From the NCBI RefSeq assembly GCF_008831285.2, contig NC_045138.2, positions 17,794,001-17,858,000 on the forward strand: DNA of 64,000 nucleotides, in the 5' to 3' direction. This DNA comes from Nymphaea colorata (taxonomy: Eukaryota). The position numbers and the translations under genes are program-made. The notes beneath the pieces were generated by a model. That model searched no databases. It was not told the DNA's origin and saw nothing but the letters and a program-made list of their open reading frames with translations. Every line of letters starts with the position of its first letter. Positions within the stretch are counted from its first letter, which is position 1. This document shows, piece after piece, positions 14,428 to 28,190 of this stretch.

Positions 14428-14743
14428 AGCCCCGACACTGGGCCAAGCTGCTGGGGTACCCGGTAACCTGCTCGACTCGGGCCCGGGAAAAAGGCACTGG
14501 GTTGGCCCGATCAATTATCAGGCCGGTTCAGGTGGGTTTGATAATATTTTTTAATAAATATATTATTAATTTTTATATATAATTATAATATTTTATTATA
14601 TATATAAATTTAATCGAGTCGGGCTTGGGCCGAGCTTGGGCTCGGGTTTTAAATGTCGGCTGGGGTCTGGTCCCGATTTCGGGTATCAGGCCAGCCCCAG
14701 CCCAACTCCTTATCGGGCAGGGCCGGCCCGATGTCTAGGTTTA
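14428..14743 (-). mobile_element. Non-autonomous DNA transposon/MITE, copy 2 (inverted relative to 11570-11920)
   Basis: Same architecture and shared motifs in the opposite orientation. Confidence 0.65.
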
Positions 14744-15377
14744 ACTAGGATGTATCTCAGCCCGTATCACTGCTACGATACGCTAATGACAACATTGTTC
14801 ATCTTATAATCAAAGCACATTGACAAACAATACAAGCAAGTTGTTTTTAGGTGAGTACCATGATGCTCAAAAGAGCCAAAGTTCTCACTCAACCCCTTGC
14901 CTTTTAGGGGTACATGACTTGCTTTTAGTGCTTCATTCGGAATCTGTTTCGGCAATGCATCAAATTGTATGTCAGTGACCCTTTCTTTTGTAGCACAAGG
15001 GGCTGATGCTCTGGAAATTCAAAATGAAAACTGACCACCTAACAGCAACCATCTTGATCATTGTGACAACCCCTCGAAAACATATAAGTTGCCTAGGAAT
15101 ATGGAAGTGTGTAAACATAAATGGATGGGGATACAACAATGAGCTTAAATCTAGACGGCCAAATATTGAAACGAAAGGCACATATTGCAACCTACTGCAG
15201 TCTTTAAGGGGTGGGTGCTCATGCAACTATTACTCTTTCCAAGGCCCTAAGCTAATCTAGTCCACCTGTAAAGCTGGCCAAGGGAAAGGGAAAGCTAAAG
15301 TTGGTGAGAATATCATCATAGCCTCACAGCAAATTTTCTAAATGATTCCTCATTTTCATTAAAGTGAGTGGTTCATT

Positions 15378-15557
15378 TCACTGCCCTAAGACAGGCCCCC
15401 TACCCCAGTACCCACCCATTGCGTCACAGAGCTTGCTTCGGACCTTTTTATGGGCCAGAGGTACTGGAACAGGCAAGTGACGCCCCAAGGACTTGATCCC
15501 AAGTGCTTGGCGAAGACGGAGCACTTGTCCGCCCAGTGCACTACCACCCCTCGGGGT
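15378..15557 (-). mobile_element. tRNA-derived SINE candidate
   Basis: Minus strand ACCCCGAGGGGTGGTAGTGCACTGG (A-box-like) and GGGATCAAGTCC (B-box-like, 15489-15500). GC-rich island in AT-rich DNA. No clear tail or TSD. Confidence 0.45.
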
Positions 15558-17845
15558 AAATGATTCTTTCTTTAAGTAGAGATCCACATTTATCTATTGA
15601 GAAAAAGGATGGATCAGAGTTTTGCAGATCTCAATTCTCAATTGAGATTTAAAAATATGGAGAAAAAAATTCACTTAAGCTGCATTAAGATCCGAGGTGA
15701 TCTGAGATCCCGGTGGATTGAGAAATCGTGGATCTTAGATCAGACCTCCTCCCGAGCTGATATCAAATCCATGGTTCATCATGTAGAAGAGATTTGAAAC
15801 CTTCACATTTTAGTTCGACTGGTTTTTCTCAGCGCGAATCTCAGATCAGCCTCGGAACTTAGAAACCAGAGTAATGCAGAAAACAGAAGAGTGAATAAGA
15901 ATATATATACCATGAAATTTTGGTCCTAAAAGATGAATGAATAGCCAGCACTGCCTAAACCATTCACATAGCATTGGATCTTACAGACCGAATAAAAACA
16001 GAAAAAACAGCAACTAAACAACTTCATTAGCATCTCCAGTGCAATTAACTTACTCATAATACTGGATTAATTATAAGATTGAATTAAAAAGATTGCATTT
16101 ATCTATTGGACTATAAAATTGAATTCTGAAACAAAGTGAAGTAGCTCATAATTGTGGTTTACATGGTTTGATTTGTCTAAACTGTAAAATTGTGTCCCAT
16201 TATTTAACAACAATGACAATGATTGTACACACGAACTGTGCAACATTTGTCATTTAAATACTTTAATTTTTATTATATCATGCACTTATAGTGACTACAG
16301 GGACCTTATTGATTAATTAGCGGACCCGGCCAAGGAACAATTAAATATATATAATAACAAAAGTTTATATAGAAGATTCATGTCTTACAGTAAAAAGCTG
16401 ACTGCTGCTATTAAAGTGAATACTTGGATCAGAAGCAACGTGGGAGAGCCCCGTGATCATCATGAAGGTGGGACTAGTGATTACCTGTCAACCAGGAGGG
16501 AGCTTCCAAGCTCCCAGAAGCAGAAGCTTTTTCACTACGATATCTCCATAGATACGGCCACCGCCAAATACTTATATCCCAACCACAAAATTCAAAAGAG
16601 AACTCACTTTTCTTTGAGTACCTATCACTTGACAGCATGAACAGCTTAGACTTTTCCTTAAATGTTGTTAAGCCCCAAGGCTAGTTACATCTCTCTCTCC
16701 TTCTATGTCTGTCTCTCTCTTCAGTTGTTAAATTTGTTGGGCATCTGGCTCATAACTAAACCGTGAGATGCTGGGTGATTCAGATAAGCTAAAACAAGGA
16801 TAGGGGGGCGTAAATGGTGTTGATTCAGTAATTAAAATTTGGTACAGTCAAGAAGATGGTTCAGAAATTGATCTGGTACAGCAAAAAATGGCGAAAGCTT
16901 CATACTGGATTCAACTCATTGGCAACCTTTTGTCGTCACGAATTCTGATCTGGGTAGTTTTTGTGTGAACTCGAATACAGCCAAGTAATATGTAACTTCC
17001 AATATAAATGTGTAACAATATAGAACTGCCTAGTACAGATATGTTGTATGTTTCCTCGCTGCAGATTGTGTCTTAAATGTACCACTGCAAGCTATTTGAA
17101 TTGCTTTTGGGATTAGTCTTTGGTCCAATATAATATGGCTAGAACATGAACAGAATTAATAGATTCCAACCACGACTGATTATCATCCCTGCATGCGTGC
17201 AAATATTCAATGAAACAGGTAAGTACAAGAGATTTACTTTGCTGGTGTCTAAAGCTCTCTTGCTGTTGATTAGCAAAGTTTACCTGTCAGAATCTAAAAT
17301 TCAGAAAAGGAGTCATGTTTATCTATAAAATAGGAGTCATGGGAAAAGAACATCTAGCAGTAATTGGTATTTTACTTGTGAAGTTCATACCAATAAGTAG
17401 CAGAGCCTGTAATTCTACTTCTCAAATTTGAAGTGATAAAAGAGTGATTCCTTGGCCTACCCACAAAAGGGGAAAAAGAAAAGCATAAAAGTGGGATTAG
17501 TTGCTCATCTTTGTCAATGTCTTTATGTTTTCAGTGGATCTACTTTTTGAATTTTAATCAAAGGGGTGACCCAGTTTAGCTTTAGCTAAAAGAAATGTGT
17601 CTTCTGTCTCTAAGACATAACACCCTGGCGACAGAATTCTGCGTTCAGTTCAAGTTTCTAAGAAATTTGAAGTTGCACATGCCTGGCCTTCTCGTATCTG
17701 ATGATGGAGGAGGCATCTTTGCTTCCATTGAGCATATAGGTATTGGACCATCCTAGGGGAAGCCTTGGTTCTTCGTTCTTGTTCTCTAGCAGCAAGCTTT
17801 TTGTTTTCTAACTGTGTTAAAATTGCAGGACTGAGATAGACAGAC

Positions 17846-20238
17846 ATGGGTAATGAGATGGGTAACACCAATGTCTCAAGCATGAAAGGTATTCAAGATA
17901 GGCGTCAATGAATCCTTTAACAGGAAATGATTGCTCATCTTATCATCCTTACTTGATTTTTGTGTTGTTTTCTCAAAATGACTATCAATCCTGTTCTTAC
18001 TTGGAGTTCTGTGTTGGTTTTTTCCTTTTCTCTGAAGTGGAGGAAGGGAAAGCCGAAGCTCACTTTCAGGATAATCTTTCAGACAATTCACTCACTGATC
18101 CTGTCAAGAAACAAATAATAGTTGAAGATTGTATCCCACCTGCAGGAGCTGAGGAAATTGAAGAGAAGCAAGTAATATCGACTGTTCAGGATCACCCAAA
18201 TGCAGGTGATCAGCTCAAGCATCAGTTGTCTCATGCAAGAGGTAAGAGTTCCTGCTTGAAATCCTGTCGTAGCATGACTGTGTTTCATTTAAGCATTTCT
18301 GCAGTCTTTTAAATCATCAAAACGATAAGATCAAGAATTATATGCACAGATGAATCATTAACAACTATCAATGAATCCTGTGACGCTACAATTCATCACC
18401 TTCTTGTGGAGGAGAAAGAAGCAAGACAGGTGGCTGGATCTGTGTCAATGGAATCAGGAGGTTCAAAGGCTGAGCATGAATCTATTACAGTCCTTCCCGA
18501 AGCGATTATAATTGATGGGGCAGAAATGCCACTAAGTTCATCTCTGGAAGATAAAGGTGTCATCTACCTGAATTTGGAAGAAGCCAAATGTGAGAAAAAT
18601 GTTGATCATGAAAAGGAAACAATTGACACAGATGACCATCCTGAGAGAGAGATGATATCAAGCCCATATGTAGATATTGATGCCAAGGATATCAAATCCT
18701 TGAACCAGATGGGAGCCCAAACTAGCAGCATCCATCAGGTGGATGAAAATATTTTCCAAGAAAAGCAAGGAACAGCCAAAAGCTGCGACCATGAAGAGAA
18801 CATCAGATCTCCCTCTACTCAAAGTGAATCTAATGAACCTGAAATTGTTACATGTGAGCCGTTGGTCCATTTAGAAGACCGCAAGGCCAAAACACTATCG
18901 AAATCGAACGAGCTTCCTGAATCATCTAGCCAACACAGTGGTGATATAAAAATCGAAAAGCATATCCAAAACATGGTCTTAAAAATAGTGGAGGATAGAC
19001 ATGGGGCTGAATTGAGAGAATGCAAACACCAATCAAGTCCAGCCCACGAATTGCATATAGAAGAAACAGGGCAGGGAACATCTGTAAATGAAGATGGTCT
19101 TCCACAAACTGATGTTCCAGCTGTTGATACAACTGCTCATGAGGGTAAAAAGGAAATCTCTGAACCCATGATTGTCTTTCTGATGCTCAATGAAATGACT
19201 GAGCCAACACTAGAAGATGCCAATGCAACTTATTTTACACCTAGGAGCCAATCTCAGCCTCTGGAATTTTTATCTGATACTGAAGTGGATAAACCAGAAG
19301 AGGAGTTCTGTGGAATGAGTTCGTCCACTGTAGGAATAGTTCCACCATCTCTTATTGTTTGTGAGATAAAAAAGGAAAATGGAACAACCGATGGATTAGA
19401 AGGAAACTTTTCAAACGTAGACCCGTTTTCAGAGAAAGAAACAGGTCAAATAGAGGTCGCACTTCAAATGAGGGGAGATAAGACTGAAATGTTTTCTAGG
19501 GACCAAGACGATAAACCAGAGAAAGAGCGTAAGGAGGTCGTGCCACCAACCCCTACAATCTCTGAGAACAAAATTGAAAAGGAAAACGTGGACTCCTGTA
19601 CAGATAAACAAAGAGATAATTCTGAGAAGGTGAATCAAACGAAGGATGGTGACATGAAAGGAGACCAACTAGCAAGCGAGTCCACAGTGAAGCACGACAG
19701 GAAGAAGTTTCTGATTATAGAAGATGAATCCGAGATGGAGGTTAGTAGTCCAACTGAAGGTGCAGTAAACAATGGCAGTGAAACAATCAAAGATGATGTC
19801 CTAATTGAGCAAGCCGAGACAACAGAGGCCATTAAACTGAAGGACGAAGCCGTGGAAATGAAATCAGTATCTGATTTGTTTGGCCAACCTGACCACCACA
19901 ACGAAAACAGTGACGCCACAGCTTGCACACTTGACAAATGTCCACATGCTGAAACTGCATCCGTAGACATTGATAAGTCACGGAACGGTGATTCTGCAAA
20001 AGTTTCAGCGTCCGAGGGAAGTGAGTCAGGTAAGCTCAGAAGTCCACTTAAGATCTTTTTCAAGACAGGCACAGCGTCTCGTTCCATCAAAGAGGAAAGC
20101 CAGGAGACCAGCAACACTGGTGATTCACTGAGCTGCCATCTTAAGGAAATGAGTCTGCCGTCATCAGAAGGGAGAGCAAAACAAAAGACAAGGTCAATAT
20201 TCAGCAGCTGCATGTGTTGCACCGCAGTGATCCGCTAA
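17846..20238 (+). CDS. Uncharacterised ~711-aa Glu/Asp/Ser-rich, probably disordered protein with N-terminal MGNEMGN and C-terminal CMCC cluster
   Basis: Exons 17846-17888 (MGNEMGNTNVSSMK, G|GTATTC), 18038-18241 (G|GTAAGA) and 18350-20238 join in phase: 2136 nt, 711 aa plus stop. The 610-aa ORF of the track is the last exon. An acceptor at 17828 implies a 5'UTR intron. Confidence 0.8.
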
Positions 20239-20934
20239 GCATTTCAGTTTGGTTTCCATGGGAGTTATGTTTAAAGGTTTTCTCATATTTGGGTATGTGA
20301 ATTTGAGGTTCTGCGACCCTTTCCTTTTTATCTTCTTTCATTTTGTTGGTTTTCCATGAGCGTGCTTCCCGTCACAAAAGCATTTGAGCGTTCGGATTCG
20401 ACAGCATAAACGTTCAGAGTTTGGGAACATTGGGATATCTGAATACAAGGAAGTATGATGTTGGGGAAGAATCTTAACTTTTCGAGCGGTGTCTTCCGTT
20501 GAAAAATGTCATCGTAGTTTTTGCCGTCATCTGTATTTGCTTTTCAAAAGGAGCATGTCATTTACGTTCCTGGTTCTAAAATCTTGTACATCTTCTGTGT
20601 TTACTGCTTGGTCCATCCAAACGAAGATTGTGTTACATTTAGATGCAGCTGCCATTTTTTGTAGTGGTTTCAACGTTTTTCACATAAAGGGCCTCCACAA
20701 GCATGACTGCTCTCAATATAGGTGCGTATCCGCTCTTAGGTCTCTGTTCATCGTATAATTGGCCCCTCAGCCCCTCCGCAAATTGAGCAAGAAGCCAATA
20801 CGAGGCCGATTCAAGATGCGTGTAGTCCCAACGTAACATTTAGATTTCCGATACCAATGAAATTTGATATTCACAACACTGCATCTTATTGGGCTAATTT
20901 GATTTTGAATTCCAAACCAATACTTGCATCCTTT

Positions 20935-21448
<514 letters not shown>

Positions 21449-21833
21449 TCAAAAAAGTTTGGCATCACAAGTAGCATGCAGCTTTAGCTTCTGGATGACG
21501 GCCGTCAAAGAATCTCTCTCTCTCTCTCTAAGTGCATCACTGCATTTCCCAGAGATTCGCAGAGGTTCCCCAGCTCCAGCAGTTAGTCTCCCTTCAGTTG
21601 CTGAATTCACATAGTAATCTGCTAATCAAGGACTATAAGAATTTCATCCAATCTTTGAAAGCATGAGGTTACTTTTCTAGAGCTCTCCTTCTCCTGTGGA
21701 TCCTTTCTCCAGTTTTCCTCTGTCCCTTTCTTTGCCTGGATTTATAAACTTGCAGATGAACCATCAAGATGGGGCAAACCAATTGCCACCTGATGAAAAT
21801 TTGACTCTGCAAACTCAGCAGTCCTGAGTCCAC

Positions 21834-24800
21834 TTACCTTCTTTCCGAGCATAATACAGCAGAAGCTGCAATGTTACTCGGACAAAAATCAGAACCGGCA
21901 GACAAGAACTGCTTGTAGTTGGAGTAGCTTGGATTCTCTTTGGAGGGACAAAGAAGATTCAGGACTTTATCAGCAGATACAATCTGTTGCTTGCGAATGA
22001 CATCGTCGTGGATGATTTGGCTGCAGTTGAGTAATATTAGAGTGAGCCAATGGTGCTGGAACAAACAGAAAACTATTTGTCAACATGTTCAGCCTCAAAA
22101 GTAAAATTTTAGTACATTGGTGTCAGAGAACATTCCCTAAAAAGTCTTCAACTGCAGATTGTCGTAACAAAGTATCCAAGAGAGACTACAACCTAGTGCT
22201 GATATGCATGACATAAATGAACCTAACAGATGAAAACACATGATAGTAAACAATATAGACAGCCTCGAGTTGTGTACGTTAAAGCATCTAACCCATGTAC
22301 AAAGCAATTACCCTGATCAATTTGATGAATTAAATTTGCTAGCACATAGTCAACCAGAACAAAGTTCATTGGATGATTTCCAGGTGACAGTTTAGAAGAA
22401 TTCTGGAGAACAATTATGTTGTTAGTGCTTGCTGGGTCATTTAAGTCCAGTACTATTACACTATCAAACTTGTGAAACGAGAAAAAAGAGAACACAATTT
22501 GAAAGAGCGTTGACATAATTATTTTAGATCTGATGATGTCAACTGCAGTTACCACTCTACTACGTTCATAAGTTCATGAAAAATCAGCCAAATTCACAAT
22601 CTACACAAAGCCACAATAATGAGTATCAACAACAAACACCCAAAGGGTGTATCGCTTCCAAACCAATAATAACAGAAAATGAGCTCCACAACCATTCTCA
22701 TATAAAGCTAATATGTTTACCAAAGGATGCAAAGTCTCTTAAATTTGACGTGTAGACACCCGATGAATGCATCAATGATGAAATACAGTCTGGGGTTAGG
22801 AAAAAAAATACTCAATGAAACATAAATAGGAAAAACCAAATGCTTGAAAAACAGCACAAAGTATGCACTGGCAAAGATACAATCTGTGTTCTGCCACTCA
22901 CTGGCAAAGATAAGTCAGCAATTGGAAATGGTCATCATGAATCGAACACTTCAACATAATGCAGAAGTGACCATAATGCAGACAGAACTCTTAAATTCAA
23001 AAAAGGAAAGAATGAATAACTGCTGGAAGAAAAGGAAGAGAAGAACAGGAAAAGGGTACAATGCCCTTCTTGGATCTCAATTTGGTTTCTTCAAAATATT
23101 TTGATTTTTCCTCTTTTCATGGTTTCATTCGCTTTTCTGTTTTTTGTGTTCTTTTTTTAATTGATAATATTTGTGTCACTGTGCCAGATTTAACAAATTG
23201 ATAAGAGCAACGTCTGGAAGAAGGCTTATCTTCAAAATTGAGCAGCAAAAATTTTGCAAAACGTACCTCAGCAACATGGACAACTCCATGGGATTACAAG
23301 AAGAAAAAAGAGCTTCTGGAATAATCTGTGAATCCATAAGGATGTTCGGCAAGGAAATAAAATGCATCTTCGTCTTAAGCCTGATTATCCATTCAGTCAA
23401 GAGATGTGCCCGATATGCAACAATACATGGCAGCCTCGCAAGCTGCAGTTCCAACACAGCAGTTCCTGAAGTACATAAAGCAGCAGAACTTGCCTGCACG
23501 TGCAAGTCATTAACATAAACCATAGTGAACATTCAGAGCAATAGAAAAATATAATCTTCAATAGCTGAGTGAATAGACAGATATTTTCACTATACCAAAG
23601 CAAGATTTAGTACAGTGATCCAAAATAAAAAGAAGCATCCATAAGAAAGAGTAACCAAGTATCTGCATACATGAAAAGCATCATATTTTTCAGCAACGGA
23701 TTCTCCTGGAATCAAAATTGTGGGCAGGGTGCATGATGGCGCAAGTTTATAAAGGTAACCTTGCACATGCTGATTAGAAGCTACAGGGATAACCACCGTC
23801 AATGATGGAAGAGAGTCCTTTAGCAGCTCCAAAGTATTCATATAAATCGGAAGCATGCGGGTGACTTCTTGTTCTCTGCTTCCAGGAATAACAGTAACAA
23901 TCGTTGCCCCTGTCAGATATTAGTGAAGATATTTGCTTGATAATTGATAAGAATATGCACATACCTTGACCGATGTCCTAAAGATAATGATCTCTCAGGC
24001 ATACATGGGTCTCACATTTCAAGAACGTGACCAGCATCTTGTTTGTGCTTCAGAAATTTGAGAATTAAACGTGAGACTCTAAGAAATAATACCTGGAGAT
24101 ATTCCATGCTTCTGTCGAAAGTATGCACCGTTCCCTGGGACCTTCACTTGAATTGGTTGTGCGTCAGCCTCGTTATCCTATGAAAACGATTTAAACTTCG
24201 CTCAGAAAGACATTAGCTCCACCAAGCCACGTTTTGCCATCAGAATAGATGAAGCCTAAGAAATGGGAATTCTTCAGAGGAAAGTCAGGTTGTATGATAC
24301 GGATGAAAGAAGCCTAAACAAGCAGCTTCGAATGAGAAAAGAAAAAACAGCTTTGACATTTGTCGCTAGTGTTACTACTTTTAGTTGAAAGGCAAGCAGG
24401 AAGGTAATTCCCCACAACATGAACACAAACCCGCTTGGCTGTAATTAAAGCAAACCAATTTTCTTATTCATCATTGCGGACTGTTACTCCAGACGCCCAT
24501 CTTGGGCGTCTTCCTTGGATGCTTAGGAAGTTCTACAAAATTCTTATGGTTTGACTTAGTAAAATATCCCAGGAGAATAAAAGCAGAACAATAATATAAT
24601 TGTTCTCAGTATGTTTGGTTTATCTTTGAGGCAAATGTATTTTCTGGGCCATGGGGAGATATCCTTAAACAATGGAAAAAACTGCCTATTGCGACAACCA
24701 CATAAAATTCTTACCGGATGGAAATTTAGAGCATCTTCAAGAATTGGATGACCAACAAATGTTGCATCTAACCCATGTGCTCTCAAAACATCTACCTCAA

Positions 24801-25730
24801 ATGGGAGAATGCAAAGCAAATGGTCAACATATCCGGACAGAGCTTTAAGTCTAGATTCACCCCCTTTCCATGCCCAGAATGATGGAGCAACATAATGGAT
24901 ATGTATGGGTGACAGGCATGGTTCCAGGCTACATTTATCTGCAAATTATATCCAATTCCAGCATGAATTCAGTTAATGGTAGAAGGTAAACGTACCAATA
25001 CTTCAGTAGATCTTACTAAATCCACAGAAAAAATGGTAAGAAGTTAGTAATCTGTACCCCTTAGCAGCTTCAGGAAGCGGAAGGAGAAGCCCTTGGCATC
25101 AACTGTTATGACAGCATGAGGCTGAAACTGGATAGCTGCTTCAATGGCTTGCTGCAGCCTCATCTAACATTTACCAAATTCCAAGTAATGAAAGTAAAGG
25201 GGTTGAGAAGAGGAACACGGAGTCAAGTCACAGGTACCAACAAAATCTATACTCACCCTAATCTTGCGCAAATGAGGCAACAGCTCCAAGAGTCCCATCA
25301 CAGCAAGATCTTCCATACGAAAAAGAGAATTCAATCCTACGTTTTCCATCATGGGACTGAAGAAAAACCATTTAAACAAAATGGTTGTATGAACATGTTA
25401 AAATGAATTTCCTCAAATGGGTAAAGTACTTAATACAGACAACGAGAGAGAGACGGTTATCTTTTTTATCACCCACCCTCCAACTCCAGCGAGGCGGAGA
25501 GGGGAAGGAGAAAGCCGGTGGAGAGAGGAGATGAGACGGGCCGCGATGGCGTCCCCGGATGGCTCCCCTGCAACCACGAACAGTCTCAACTCTTTGTCTT
25601 CCATCGCCATATCCACCACCCTCCTCCGGCCATTGCAGCTGCTGAGCGATCGCCTGTAAAAGCCGTTCTTCGCCGCCAACAACAACAAGCGCCTCTTGAA
25701 GCCAGTGGCGGCGCTCAACAACTTCTCCAT
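21834..25730 (-). CDS. LPXB: Lipid-A-disaccharide synthase LpxB (GT19), probably mitochondrial, ~473 aa
   Basis: Exons 25730-25477, 25356-25257, 25163-25058, 24938-24715, 24177-24093, 23909-23671, 23493-23267 and 22020-21834 (1422 nt). Motifs VAGEPSGD, VMGLLELL, VITVDAKGF, HYVAPSFWAWKGG, ILPFE, FVGHP, IPGSR, SGTAVLE and ISLPNIL. Basic N-terminal presequence-like region. Confidence 0.95.
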
Positions 25731-26251
25731 CCCTCTACATGATCTTCCACTAGAAGGATAGGAGAAGATGGCGCGAAATGATCGTTCTTTCCCTGGCTTC
25801 TCAATAGAGAGGGAAAGGACAGACTTCACACCCCCAAAGGGAACTTGCCCACTCTTAAACGGAAGACGATATTTTATTTTGTATATGTAACGTAACGTTC
25901 TAGTATTTTAAAAAGTTTGGGAGTCGATCCGGTGATATTTTAAATTCCCGGCTGTAGAATGAATTTGAAGGACTTAAATCAATTTTCTATTAAAGAATTT
26001 TATATATTTAAAATAATTTAAAACCAGACATTCAAAATCTTCATGAAATTTCAATTCGTGTATCAGATTTCAACAAATTTTCAGACTTACAAATTTAAAG
26101 TTTTCCAGTTCAATCATGAAGTTGGATTGCAAAAACCAGTAGGAATCCATTTAGATCTAACTTTTAATTTGGTTTCTTAACTATTATTTTCTCACGCTTT
26201 TGCCTGTTTTTTCTTAATTCTACTTTTTTTTTTCAGCCTTAGTTTTTACTT

Positions 26252-26293
<42 letters not shown>

Positions 26294-27849
26294 AAAATGA
26301 ACAAAATAAAAATATGTGGCAGTTTGTGAGAGGCTAAGCGACCTTTCCTTTCTCAACTTGAATGGTTTTATGGTACATCTTTTAATTTGGATATTATGCA
26401 CGGTACCATTTCCAATAAGAATTGATATGATAAAATGTCATTAACATAACATCACACTCAAATTGGACCAGTTATACTAGAATCGTCAAAGCCATAAATA
26501 CCAATATATGAACAAATTAAACATAATAAGAACTATGTCCATGTAAACGAAATTTGAATGCTGCAGTCCAAGTTCTTCCATCTCTCTCTAAATATAATGG
26601 AAAACAACACCGATGTTCAATCTATTGGATGAATTCGTAGTGGTATAATCTCTCTTTCATATTGGCTTAGATTTTTAGTTCGGCCTTTGAGACTAGCATG
26701 GCTTTAGGTGATTTATATGAAAATAGTTTCTAATTCAGTTTACGGAGGTTGTTTGATCAGCAAAATATTGTGTTTTTAGAATCCACATGTTCCGCAAACA
26801 CTATTTTTTATTTCAGGAAACATGATCTTAAAGTGAATGTTACTTTTAAAATTAATTTCTTGGACTTAAGTACACTATGTTTCTGAGAACCAACAATACG
26901 TTCTTTAAGCATGTATTTTAAAAGCATGCATTTCAAAAACATAAAATTCTTCTTGTCAAACATTTTGAGGAGAGGTTTGTGTCTATACCTACGTAAATGT
27001 CTTTAAATGTCTCTTAGATCAAATAAGTCAGCACATAAGTATCTTTAAGTGGCTCATAGATCAAATAAGTTAGCAAAAAGATCTTTAAGGGTGTTGGTGA
27101 ATTTGAATGCTCATATAACATTGAAATTTTGATGATAGAGAAATATACATCTTTCTTAAAAACAACTTATTAAATTGAAGTATGTTTCATATCAAATCAG
27201 TTTTTGTAAGCATATTCAGATGTTTTTTGTTGTGTTTACAGCTTGTACTATGAAATGGTTCTAGTGAGAAGGCATCAGTGGCCGAGTCAGAAATTTTTTG
27301 TCAAGAGACATTAATTCAAAAAAAATTCAACCTTTCTAATGCACAATAATATGATTAAAGGGCACCAATATATAAACAGCAAATGATTTAGGAACAACCA
27401 ATATGTAAATGACTAATTATGTGACATTCTTTTAAATCAACTTCAAACATTATAAAGTGTTTTTAAATAAAAAGGAAAAATAATTGAGCAAATACAACAA
27501 GACAAGTTTTTTTTACAATCTCCCCATTCATTCTAACAACATTTGATTTAGCCCTTCTTTTCTTTGTAAAATAATGGAAACCCACTACCACTTGTAAGCT
27601 TAATTTCAATTGTACTGAGGTGTAAAATTTTCGAGCGAGTCTTTACCCAAGTAAAATACATATATTTCTTTTAGTGCATTGAGATGTTGTTCATGTCGCA
27701 CTTTAACTTGTGCATGTGTGACCTTCTCCTTTGCAACACAAAGAGTTGACGTCTTAAGGATTCAAAACAGAGTCTGACTTTCCACCAACTCCAGCCTTGT
27801 CCGTTGCATCAACCGCTTAAGGATTTGAGGTATAAGATTTACTTTGAAG

Positions 27850-28190
27850 CTAAGTCACAGTGGTACGCCACTTTTAGTCGCGTACCCGTACCGGTACGTT
27901 TGAATCTGGATCCGGGTTGGATCCAGATCCAAACTGCATTATAACTAAAAAAATAAAAAAAATTACTTATTCTTCATTTTTTAACATAAGAAGTCTCATT
28001 AACAAGATAAAACATTGATAATTTATTCATTATGAGCCTCTTTTTATTGGCATTTTTGTTACAACTTGTGGTTTAATTATATATAATAATTATTTTTTTG
28101 AATTAATTATATATAATAGTGACCGTACCGGTACCATGATTTAAAAAAATGCCATATCTTCGTACCCGTACTCGTACCATTGTGACATAG
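27850..28190. mobile_element. hAT-family MITE
   Basis: TIRs CTAAGTCACAGTGGTACG / CGTACCATTGTGACATAG (18 bp, 2 mismatches). Perfect 8-bp TSD CTTTGAAG at 27842-27849 and 28191-28198. Confidence 0.9.

Noticed and set aside
19635..20222. 195-aa antisense ORF and other ORFs overlapping real exons (also 33267-33713, 49533-49970, 59390-59800)
   Set aside because: Shadow frames caused by codon bias on the coding strand; no recognisable motifs.
21666..21838. Alternative LPXB C-terminus using the AG|GTAAGT that overlaps the stop codon
   Set aside because: The nearest good acceptor (21790) gives a 49-nt intron, shorter than typical plant introns. No other support.
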